DNA of 64,000 nt from Narcine bancroftii (lineage: Eukaryota), in NCBI RefSeq assembly GCF_036971445.1, contig NC_091473.1:36332001-36396000 (forward strand). Reading direction: 5' to 3'. Positions 49,017 through 60,420 of this stretch are shown here, piece by piece. The notes beneath the pieces were generated by a model. The model was given only the letters and a program-made list of their open reading frames with translations. It had not been told where the DNA came from and did not search any database. Every line of letters starts with the position of its first letter. Within the stretch, counting starts at the first letter, position 1. Both the position numbers and the translations under genes were made by a program.

Positions 49017-51194
49017 CAGGTATGTGCCACTTAACGTCCATGCTGCGTTCTGTGAAGCTGGGCTTTATGCGATGTGTATGTTGTGCGAATACCATATTTG
49101 TATCTACTTAGCAATGCTATAAGGGACACTGAACTTGTGCTAAATTACTGGTAAACTGTTTAATTTTTTTCTTCACTTTTTAAACTTTTATGTAAACACT
49201 TTAACTTATATCACACACAATTTAGCAAAGAGGATCAGGATCCTCCACATCTCTGTTCTCAACTTCTTCAGCATTCCACTGGAAGAGTTTCAGGTTGAAT
49301 ATCCTTCACTGATGAATGGTCTCTCTGTAAGACCCGAAGGGCCTGGCTGAGGCTCTTCTTGGGGAGGTGTTGGCTTCTTCAGGAATATGTCCAGTGTTGT
49401 TTGCTTTGTTTGAATTTTCTTCATAAATTTCTTTATATGCAGCAAACACTCTGAGCTTTCCTCTCGATCAGTGAAAAGCGTTCAGTGTTTGGGTCCATCT
49501 CTTCAGCAAGCTGTTAAGGTCTGCAAAGAATTTGGCTAACTCCTCAACAGTGAACCTCTTCTTCTCCTTCTGCAGTTTCCTTTTTCCTTGCCTCTTCTCC
49601 AGCTATTCGCTCTTGCTCTAGCTCCAGCAACTCTTCATTTGTTAGTTCCTCAGGAACCATCTCCAGAAGTTCTTCAATGTCCGCATCATCTATGTTCAGG
49701 TTGTTGTTTACCATGTCAACAACACCTCTATTAATCCTTGCAATCTCATCATCTTTATCAAATCCTTTAAACTCATACACATACTGCTTCATTATTTTTT
49801 TTCCATATGCCATTCTTGCACTCGTTGGTCACATTACCTCAGGCCCAAGCAAGGTTCTTTATGCAGTGGAAAATGTTGTACTCCTTCCAGAATTGCATCA
49901 GTGTCTTATCTGTGTCTTCATCAGTTGCAGCATCATCTCGGGAAAAGGTCCTCCTCGGGTAGTAGGCCTTGAATGCTTCAATAACCCCTTGGTCCATTGG
50001 GTGGATTAAATAGGTGATGTTTGGTGGGAGGAACACCACTTTGATGTTGGGGTGGAGGTCACCAATGAAAGGAGGATGTCCTGGAGCATTGTCAACAATT
50101 AGTAAAATCTTGAAAGGTATGACTTCTTCCAAGCAGTACTTCTCCATTTCACTGGTATAGGAATTGAGAAGGGCATCCTGAAACAGCATTTGTGTCATCC
50201 AAGACTTTTTATTGTTCCTATAATTATCCATTCAGGAGTGTTTGTTCACATTCTTGAAAGCCCTGGGGTTTTCACTATGCCAAAAAAAGAAATGGCTTTA
50301 ACTTGTAGACAGCAGCATTGCCTCCAAACAGCACTGTCATTCTCTTTGAAAACCTGGCATTGACTTGGCTTCCTTATGGATGAAGGTCCTTTCAGACATT
50401 CGCTTCCAGAATAAGGAGGTTTCGTTTATATTAAAAAAAAATGCTGGGGCAAATAAACTCCCTCTACAATTAGTTCACCTGAGGTCTCCACAAATTCTTC
50501 TGCTGCCTTCACATCAGCACTCACAGACTTGCCACTCACTTTCACATTATGTAGCGTAAAACATTGTTTGAAGCACCTGAACCATCCAGAGGTAGCACTA
50601 AACTCGATATCATAATCTGGTCTTGCTTTATCTTTAATAATCTGGAACAAGCTTCGTGCCTTAGTCAATGTGCTGAGAGGGACTCGCATTGTGTATGGTC
50701 CTCAATCCATGTGGTCAGCAATGGCTCCATATCTGATATAGGTCACTCTTGCATTTTTGTTAGCTTTGTAGCCTTTGGTGGAGCTGATCAGTTAACAGCT
50801 TGGAGAATTTTCTCTTTGTTTTTGAGGATCGTTATGATTGTTGAGTGCAACATGCCTGAATCGCGAACAGTAGCATTCATTGTTTTCCCACCTTTGTTTA
50901 ATAACCTTTTTGTTTCACTTCCAAATCAATACTTCTCCTTTGCCTCTTGCTGCAGCTATCACTAGCTGTGTTTGTGAGCCATGAGACACAGAAAGTACAA
51001 TGCCTACCTACATAAGCCTTTGTATACGAAAGACATGAGATACACGTATTGGGTGAGGGAAGTTGTTGCGTACGACTGGTTATGTCCGCTAGGTCTGGTT
51101 CTCCGATCAGGATTTCTGAACTCTACTATAACATGAGACCACGGACATGTGTGTTCGGACATTGCCTGAATAGATGTTAAGCAGCATATATTTG
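49017..51194 (-). mobile_element. Tigger/pogo DNA transposon (Tigger3-like), full span
   Basis: TA|CAGGTATGTGCCACTTAACGTC ... GATGTTAAGCAGCATATATTTG|TA imperfect TIRs; transposase remnant inside. Confidence 0.92.
49222..50982 (-). pseudogene. pogo/Tigger (CENP-B-related) DDD transposase, disrupted
   Basis: FSATSGWF, NETSLFWK, LLIVDNAPGH, FLPPNITYLIHPMDQGVI, EELTNEELLELE, KQTTLDIFLKKPTPPQEEPQPGPSG. Confidence 0.92.
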
Positions 51195-51719
51195 TATTTT
51201 AGAAATCTATGAGGCATGTCATGCGAAGTAGATTTTCTCACAATAAAGTATGATTCGACTTCGCCTCAAAGTTGAGAATAGTTGTACCATTCCTTTGTAT
51301 GATATCAGAGAGCCACAATGGAGCATGATTTAATGCTTCATTTTATGAATTGTTTGGATCTTATCATTTTGGTAAAATAGTCGCATTGCACATGAATTAA
51401 CCCATGCCAAAAGTGAGCTTGTTTGATTAACTTTTGCTTCACCTTATTATGGCTTTGATTAAAGCAATTGAATTTATTTTATGAATATATTCCAGGACAT
51501 ATGATTAGAATATATTTTCTGATCTAAATTTATTCATTGAAATGTTTTCAAATTGAATCTTTCCAGTGCAATGTGTTTTACCTTGCCTCCTTTTGTAATG
51601 GAATGATGAATATCCATGGTGTGTAACTTTTCAAGGGTTTCAGTTCAACATACTTCTTCCAGCCCAAGTCTAATGTAAAGTTATCCTTATCAAACTAGTT
51701 CCTTAGCAAGAGTAATACT

Positions 51720-51855
51720 CAAAGGCATTAGAAGAACTCAGCAGGTCACACAACATCCATGAAAGTAACAAGCAGTTTCAGGCCTGAGTCAAACCATGAC
51801 TTAAGATTTCTCTGCATGGATTCGGCCTGAGCTGCTGAATTCTCCAGCATCTCTT
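51720..51855. mobile_element. Palindromic Penelope-terminus-derived element
   Basis: Arms agaagaactcagcaggtca and tgagctgctgaattctccagc; centre gtttcaggcctgag. Confidence 0.65.
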
Positions 51856-52009
51856 TGTTCACTCACCTCCATTGACTCAGTCTAGACTTCCCATTGCCTT
51901 GGAAAAGCAGCCAACATATGACACTCTCTTTTCCTCCTTCCTGTCAGGGAGAAGATGCATCATCAATTTGAAGGACAATTAATTTCCCCTGTTATCATTA
52001 TTCTTACTC

Positions 52010-54021
52010 TCATCCCTCTTCATTCTGTCTTATTGTCTGAGCTAACGGTTCAATAGCCAATGCAAACAAGGCTGGTGACAATGGACACCCTTGCTGGGTC
52101 GAATGTGTCAATTTGAATGGCAAGGAAACTTGACCATTTTGTCACTACCCTAGCAATTGGGTTTGTATATAAAGCTTTAACCCAACCAATAAAAAAGGGC
52201 CAAATTTAAACTTCTCTAACACCTTAAATAAAAAAAAATCCAATTCAACCCTATCAAAGGCTTTTTCTGTATCTTGCGCAACTGTGGTTGGGCTGCTTTC
52301 AATATGCATTGCCCAAAGTTATCAATCAAAGAATATTATCTGATGCATTCCTATTCTTAATAAAACCTGTTTGATCAATATGTATCAACTTGGGTAAGTA
52401 CTTGGCATAACGATTTGCTAACAGTTTTGCTATAATTCAATAAAGAAATAGGTCTATAGGAAGACACTTTTTTTTAGAATTACAGTAATTAATGCAATCG
52501 AACAAGATTCTGGTAACACCTGTTCTTCAGTTATTTGTTGTAATACATCCCCAAATACAGAAGATAAGTCTTCATAAAAAATTTTTATAAAATTCCACAG
52601 AGAATCCATCATTCCCCCAGTGACTTTCCATTTGACATCTCCTGTATAGCCTCCTTAATCTCAAAATCTGTAAACAGAGATTCCAATTCCATAACATCTT
52701 CCTCCCCTAATACCAGTAACATTAATTTGGATAAATAAGATTCAATAGAACTGCTATCCTGTTTCCCCTCAGAAGTATATAATTTTTGATAAAATGAATA
52801 AAACTGGTCATTGATTTCCTGAGGTTTATAGGTAACTATTGAATTCTTTTTAACAGCATTAATAGTCTGTGAAACGTGTTCCATTTTTAATTGCCATGCA
52901 AGTACCTTGTATGCTCTCTCACCCAATTCATAATAAGGCTGACAAGATCGGTTAACTAAATGCTCAAATTGATAAGTGTGCAATGTATTATTATGTAATT
53001 TCAAGTTTGCCAGAGCTACTTTTTTTTAATCTTCTGTCACATCTTTCTGAAATTCTTTCTCAAATTCAGCAATTAGTTTCTCCAACTCTAAACTCTCTGC
53101 CATATATTGTTTCTTAACTCTTGTAGTATAACTAATAATCTGCCCTCTTAAATAAGCTTTCAATACATCCCATAATACAAATGACTATCTACAGAATTAA
53201 CATTCTCAGCCAAAAATAAAGTGATCTGTTCTTTAACAAAAGTAACAAACTCCATTTTTTCAGTAACATTGTGTTAAACCTCCATCTATAAGATGAACGT
53301 ACCACTTCCAAACTTACAAGAAAAAACAATAAAGAATGATCCGAGAAAACCCTACTTTTATACTCAGCCTATAGTACTCTACTCTGTAAATGTGCCAATA
53401 GCAAAAAAAAAATTTTTTTCCTGGAAAATGAATCATGCCGAGATGAATAAAAAGAAAAATCTTTCTACGTAGGATTAACTCTTCTCCAAATATCCACCAA
53501 ATTTAAATCTTTCATCAAAACCCCAATTTGTATTGCCATCTTTGATTTCCTTATATATTTCAGAGATCTATCCAATAAAGGGTTCAAAAAACAGATGAAG
53601 TCTCCCCCAACTAAGATATTTTCATTAGCCTGATTTAACAACAAAAAAGTTTTGAAATAAAACATTCATCATCTATATTAGGTGCATAAACATTAAGCAA
53701 AGTCCAAGATTCAGCAAAAATTTTACAATTCACCCTCAAAACTCACCCAACATTTCCCTCCAAGGATTGTAATTCAAAAGGCAAACTCTTATGAACTAAA
53801 ATTGCTACACCTCTCGTCTTAGAATTAAAAGAAGAAGAAAACACATGACCAACCCAATCTCTCTTCAATTTCAAGTGTTCTTTTTCAGTCGGATGTGTTT
53901 CTTGCAAAAAAGCAATGTCAACTTTCATTTTTTTAATATAGGCCAAAATTTGTTTCTGCTTAATTGGATTATTCAATCCCAGAACATTAAAAGTTGCAAA
54001 TTTCAAATTAGACATTTCCAC
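52010..54021 (-). pseudogene. L1 ORF2 N-terminal half, disrupted
   Basis: FATFNVLGLNNPIK, AFLQETH, GGDF, YYELGERAYKVLAWQL, EKAFDRVE. Confidence 0.9.
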
Positions 54022-54317
54022 AAATTAACAATATGATCACACATTAATAAATATTGCTCCCCTTATAAATCCTTAAAATCACAATCCCTCCCCTTTAAAA
54101 CGTCAAGAAAAAAAATAAAAGAAAAAAATCACCCCTTTAAAAAAAACACCCAAAGGTAGTATTGCCCTAAAAATCTGGGTGTGGTCAACCCCACTAGCAG
54201 CAGATGACTATCAAAGATTTCAGTGCCATCCACCACCACCCTCCCCCCCCCCCCACCCCCCCCCCCCGGACATATACACATTATTCAATTAAACATAATC
54301 AAATACAGTAAATATAT

Positions 54318-55868
54318 TCAATCCAGTAATTCCAGTCCCAATGATTGTTCCAGGTCTTCAATATCAAGAAAACTTTGTGTCAGCTCTTTCTTTCCATGCT
54401 TCCCATTCCCTTGCCCATTCCCATTTGTCCTTCTTTTAGGTGACAACAATGAAGATCGACCATTTCCTTGCAAATCTGGCAATGAATTGGCAAAAATTAA
54501 TCCATCATGATCATTTTCAAAATATTGAGATTGAAAATTACCATAAAAAACTTTTAACACCGCAGGGTAGCAAAAAGCAAATTTATAACCCTTCCGCCAC
54601 AATACTTCTTTAGCTGAATTAAATTTCCGACGTCGCCTAATAATTTCTTGACTCAAATCTGCATTAAAAAATACTCTATTATTTTAAGTCGTCATTGGAG
54701 ATTGACGTTGTCGGGCCTTCTCCACGGCCAGTCGTAGTATCATTTCCCTATCTTGATATTTCAAACAATGAATTAAAACCACCTGTGGCGATTGTCCCGG
54801 AAACGACTTCTTCCTTAATGCTCTATGAGCTCGATCCAACTCAAACCTTCCGGAAAAAAACTCCTTGCCCAACATCTCAGGAATCCATTTCTTTAAAAAA
54901 ATTATCGGGTTGGAACCTTCAATATCTTCTGGAAGACCCACTATTTTCACATTATTCCCCCGACTTTGATTTTCCAATGAATCAACTTTCTTCAATAGTT
55001 CTTTCTTACACTAAAGAATCTTCCACTTTTTCCATTTTTTCCCTATTACGTTCTACTTGATTTTTACATTCAAAAAAAGCTGCTTCAATTTTTTAAAAAT
55101 GATCTTGTACTGTATCAACTGATTTTATACATCTATTAACATAATTTTTAACTATAGACATATCTTGTTTCATATTTGTCATCACACATATTACTCATTT
55201 TAGTTTTTAATTCCAAAAATCCTTGAGACATCTGTTTAAACATATTGTCCATTTGGTAAGCAATCCCTTCCAACACAGCACACATTGATTCCATTCTGGG
55301 TTCCATCACCTCCCTTTGAGGCCTACTTTCCCTGGTCTCCACCTCCATTTGTTCTTGTGTGCTGCTTAGTGAAGGTAAGTCTTCTTCAGGCACCGCTGGT
55401 CCTCTTTCGGTGCGGCTGCGGGTCTGAACACCCGACGACAAACCCGACCTCGTCGAGGCGCTGCCGCTTGGGCCCCTCCACAGCCCACACTCATTCTAAT
55501 AAATCCCGAATCCTCAAAGCACCACAAATGCCCGGTAGGACCAGCGACTGCACAGGTGCATTCTCCGATGCAACACTGAGCATCCCCGGCCCACCTGACA
55601 ACATTGTGGGCCCCTCTCTCAGCCGGACCGCCCACACGGCCTACTTCACGGGTGTGCAGTTCAGAGCAGGTTGAGCTTGTCGTCAAGCCAGCGCCATCTT
55701 GTGGAGGCAGGATCAGCACCGGCATCATATTTAACCGGGCAGGAGTCCTCTGAGCCTTGGGGATTCCCACCAACGACTCTGTGGTTTCAACTGAACAGAT
55801 AGGCCTCAACTCTTGTAAGGTAGTTTCTTCTGTAATTGAGCTTTCATTTTTTTTACATTGGTAGCCAT
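54318..55868 (-). pseudogene. L1 ORF1 (coiled coil, RRM, CTD), disrupted
   Basis: DSLENQSRGNNVKIVGLPE, ELDRAHR, LKYQDREMILR, RRRKFNSAKEVL..FAFCYPAVLKV. Confidence 0.9.
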
Positions 55869-56479
55869 TGTAGTCCTCTTGTATTCCAATAACTGTAAAT
55901 ACTACTTTTAATCACTTTTATAAATTGAAAAAACGTGTATTTAAAAAACTAGCTGGTGAAGGGTGGAATTGCACGTCTGTCTTCTACACCATCTTGCCAC
56001 CCCCCCCCCCCCCACCCCGATATCATATTCCTGAATAGATCTTTCATTTGTGAAAAGATGATCTCTCAAACCGTGCTTACTCGTGGCCCATGCATTTTTT
56101 AAAAAATTTCGCTCTACTTATATTTAAGTATGGGTTGTCCTGCTTCAATAACAATTTTTTCACTGTATTTCAGTGCAGATTACAGTAAACAATTCAACTA
56201 TAAAAATAAGGAAGCAGGTGGGTGCAGACATTTCTTCATGTTGGATATTTTGTTTGGTCTTTTTACTTCCTTTGATATCATGGCTGTATGCCACCACACT
56301 GATCCTGGGTGAGTCATAACTTCCCAAATGGACAATAGCTTGGCTGAAGCCATTGTTCTTGCCTGATTTCCACCTTGAACTCAGTTTGCAGTGGCTACAT
56401 TATTTCCAGATCATACTTTGCCATATCTTGGTGCCTTGATAATTTTTAATTAATTTTTATTTTGCATTTTAAAAATTTA

Positions 56480-56600
56480 GACATACAGCATGGTAACAGG
56501 CCATTTTAGTCCACGAATTTTACACCCAATTATCCTAAACCCCTGAAGCACTTTGAATGGTGGGAGGAGACTGGAGTGCTCGCAGAAAATCCATTTCTAT
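56480..56600 (-). mobile_element. V-SINE 3' half
   Basis: catacagcatggtaacaggcc..ggtgggaggagactggag matches the 11350 copy. Confidence 0.75.
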
Positions 56601-56779
56601 GCACTTTTGCTGTTGCTCATTTAATAGCATTCTCTGCTCTAGCCCAGGTGAGGCTTGAAGGCCAACCATATTCTGAGATGTCCTGGCCTATCCATACAGA
56701 AATAATCTGGTCATTATTTGTCATATCAAATTGTCTGCTGCATCTCCCATTTTAGCACCTTACTTGGGTAGCACCTTTA

Positions 56780-56995
56780 CTGTGGCGATTGGCGCAGCAA
56801 TATTAGAGTGGCAGTTCTCCAGATTGGAATCCGGCGCTGTCAGTAAGGTTTGAATGTTCTCCCCGTGTTTGAAGACAGTTTCCACCCACCTTGCAAAAAT
56901 GTTATGGGTTTATAGATTAATTGTTGTGATTGGGCCACATGGACTCGTGGGCCAAAAGGGCCTGTGCCGTGCTGGACATCTTGAAGAAAAAAAAA
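56780..56995 (+). mobile_element. V-SINE, degraded
   Basis: gattggaatcc (box B-like), gtttgaatgttctccccgtg, ggactcgtgggccaaaagggcctgt. Confidence 0.75.
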
Positions 56996-57048
56996 TTGAC
57001 TGAAGTATTTGGGCATGATTTGAGATGATGAAAGTTGGTTTTATAGTA

Positions 57049-58208
57049 CAGTGAAATCCTGATTTTTCCAAAATGGTCAGGACCAGGCCTATTTCAGATG
57101 ACTGAATTTTTCGGATAACTGGTCATTTTTTAAAAACAGCCCAGTACTTGTATCAATGTTTAAACAACAACAAACAGTAGGATAGGCTCTTTAAGCATTA
57201 AAATAATGTTTAATTCTCACCAAAGGAAATGCTGGCTGTGGCTGATCCCCGGCGCATCCCCAACGCCACCACTGATCAGAGACCTACCAACTGCCACCGC
57301 CCATCCCCAAAACATCTCCACCACTGCCGTCAATCCCCAGGGAGGTTTCCCAGGCCGGTGGAACACTCACTTGCCAGTCGGTGGGCTCCCATCTCCCCAT
57401 GAGCTTGGACCAGCAGGAGCTGTTCCAGCTTTGCATCCTGGTTCTCGATGTTGGAGCCTGACACAGTATTCGCCTGCACACACTCCCCCCCCGCATCAGC
57501 TGATGATCACCGACACCACCTCACTGAGGTCCCGCTCCTACTTGGGAGCCCGAGCAGGGGGTAGCTTGGGGAGGGGGTGAAGCGACTGCTCCTCCTGCAT
57601 TTTCAGCCCAGCAGCACCCACGGCCTGCTGCAGATGCCGTGGTCTCACAGTGTCACTGGAGCTTCCAACATCCATCTCTGAACTTTCCCCTTGACCTACA
57701 CCAGAGCTTTTGATGCCCATCTGGTGTGCGTGTGTGGAAAACTGAGGGGAAGTTTCGGAATCTGTCAGTAGCAGAGGAGGGTTTGGAGTTGGCGTCGGGA
57801 GCTCTGGTGTGCCAAGGAAGGAAGGGGAGAGGAAGGGAATGGGAGTTTATTGCCACTGAGCCTGACTCCTGCCTCTGCCCGGGAGACCACTCTCCTTGAT
57901 GACACCGGGACAAAGGATTCTTCTGACTGCTTGCAGATGAGGGAGTCAGCGGCATGCAATTTGAGAGAAAAGTCAATAGAGTAAGGTAAAGAAGTGGAAG
58001 GAGAGACACGTTGGGTGAATTTTTTCAACCTGTGAGGTCAGTTCAGCTCCAAAAAAATTTCGGATAACTGACGCTTTCTGATTGTTTCAGATATCCTCAT
58101 TTATCCAAATTTTTTTTGGAGGCGAACAAACATCACTTCTGGGTCCAAAGGTATTTTGGATAAAGGAGGATTTCGGATAATCTATTTCGGATAATTGGAG
58201 TTGTACTG
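57049..58208. mobile_element. Non-autonomous Tc1/mariner-pogo element with GC-rich interior
   Basis: TA|CAGTGAAATCC ... GGAGTTGTACTG|TA imperfect TIRs; repeated subterminal TTTCGGATAA motifs at both ends. Confidence 0.8.
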
Positions 58209-59084
58209 TATTTGTTGATTGTGAATTGGTTTAAAAAATGATAGCAGTTTAATTTTTTTCATCACATTATTAAAACTGTTGCAGTGATAATTCAGTCCTG
58301 ATGTGGGCTGTGTTTCCTCTTATTAAAGTATCTCTGTGCTGATCAAGGTTTTGTGACTTATTTCTTGGCGAAGGATGTGATGCATTTTGGATTAAATGGC
58401 TTGCTGAAATAATCTGCATACGTCTTTCACAGACTATTTTTGTCATTCATTTTGAGCTGAACAGATTAAACAATGCTTTGGAGAAACTTAATAATTTTAA
58501 AGGCATCAGGACTCTTTGCACAATTATCAAGAAATTCATGCTCAATCAGTAATACAAAATGTCCTATTTTGTTGCATTATTGCATTGTACCTTTTGGTTC
58601 TGATTTTTTTTTCCATTTTGGAATGAATTTCAGCAACTGAGCGCAATTTGCTTTCACAAGAATTTAACACAAACATTCAGGAATCAGTTGCTTGTGAATC
58701 TCTTGAGTGCTTCAAGGCAGATTTCCTTTAACCATAAACACCAATTGCAGGCAACTTCACGTTTCCTTTCTCAGTTTGAGTGCGTACTAGAACAGTTTAA
58801 TCTGTTTTCTGCTACAACATGAATTGAATACATCCATTCATGACAGTAAACTCTGTCCAGTTTACTTTTTAATCAACAAACTGTTTTGCATCTTGTGGAT
58901 TAACTGGATTCCGTTTTTGCATTGTAACTGTTCAAATCAATGGGTATGACTTGAAGATTGTTCAGTGGAATTTGACAATTTTTGATCTCAAATCAAAAGT
59001 GCCACAGGTTTGTTATTAGAGGCTGCTACCAAATATTTTGGCTTGACATGCCAGTGTGATGAAGGGATCTAAAAAGCTCAATTC

Positions 59085-60420
59085 TCAAGTCAAGTTTATT
59101 GTCATCTGATTGCACAAGCACAACCTTGGTGGAAATATGCAGACACATAACCAGATATATCACGCAAATGAACAAACAATACATATGCAGGACAAATATT
59201 TCATCAAATGTAATCAATAAATATGTATTGTTTTGTACCTATGAGAGTTTCGGATGGTTAGTGTGAACATTAGGTTAATGTAATGGTGCCTGGTAACCTT
59301 TTCCTGCTCAGTCTTCTCAGGAAGTGGATTTGCTGTTGCTCTTTCCTGACAAGTGAGGGATGTTGAGTGTCCACAATAGGTCACGAGTTAAATGAACTCC
59401 AAGGAACTTGGTGCTCTCCATTCTCTCCACTACAGAATTGTTGATGTGTTGTGGACGGTGGACGTTCCTGGTCCTCCTGAAGTCCACGAACATCTCCTTC
59501 ATTCTGTCCATGTTGAGTGTCAGGTTGTTACTCTCGCACCATTTCACCAGATTTTCCACCTGTTCTGCGTCGTGTGACTCATTGATGTTGCTGATGAGGC
59601 CAACTCCTGCTGTGTCATCTACAAACTTGATGGAGCTGGATCTGGCAATGCAGTTGTGGGTGAGTAGTGTGAACAGGAGCAGGCTAAGCACATGGTTCTG
59701 AGGTGCACGAGTGCTCATTAGAATGGTGCTTGGTATTCTGCAGCTGACCCAGACTGACTGCATTCTTTCTGTTAGGGAGTCCAGAATCCAGTTAGAGAAG
59801 GGTGTTGAGTCCCAATGAGGACAGCTTCTCTACCAGCCTCTGGGGAATGATTGTATCGAGGCATCATTCTCCAGATGAGTCAGGATGGAGTGACGGAACA
59901 AGGCTATAATATCATCTGTGGAATAATTTCTTATAGATGTGAATTTAAATAGGTCCAGTGTCTCTGGGAGTTGTGCTTTGATGTGTTCCATCACCAGACA
60001 TGCAAAGCATTTAATAATGGTGAAGGTCAGTGCCACAGGGTGTTAGTCATTGAGGCCTGTTATTGTCGGCCTTTGGGGAACTGGGATGATGGTGGCAGTC
60101 TTGAATCCTGTGGGAATGATGGCCTGCTGCAGTGAAATGTTGCAGATGTCCATGAAGATATCAATTGGTCTGAGCAGTCCTTCAGTACCCAATAAAGTAG
60201 GTTTGTCTAGACCCACCGCTTTGTGTGGGTTCAACTTGGATAGGGTACTCCTCATCACTACTGCAGCAGTGCAGGAAGCTCATTATCCGGGAACACTGAG
60301 TTTTCTTCGGCATCAGCCTTTTCTTCTCATCAAACCGTGCATAGAAGAGGTTCAGTCTGTCTGGAAGGGAGGTATCATTGTCCTTATCTGGCAAGGTTGA
60401 TTTGTGATCCATTGTAGTCT
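59085..60420 (-). mobile_element. Rex1/Babar-type LINE, decayed
   Basis: LPDRLNLFYARF, ISLQQAIIPTGFKTATIIPVP, IKFVDDT, KFLGVHL; tail antisense caagtcaagtttattgtcat. Confidence 0.88.

Larger units (their letters stand above)
52005..56015 (-). mobile_element. L1/Tx1-clade LINE retaining its 5' end, ORF1 and the first half of ORF2; 3' half absent
   Basis: 5' poly-G + GGCAAGATGG; ORF1 and ORF2 motifs; ends just after [20 protein letters not shown]. Confidence 0.93.

Noticed and set aside
49222-50982. Host TIGD/CENP-B-like gene
   Set aside because: Multiple frameshifts and stops, flanked by TIRs and TA duplication
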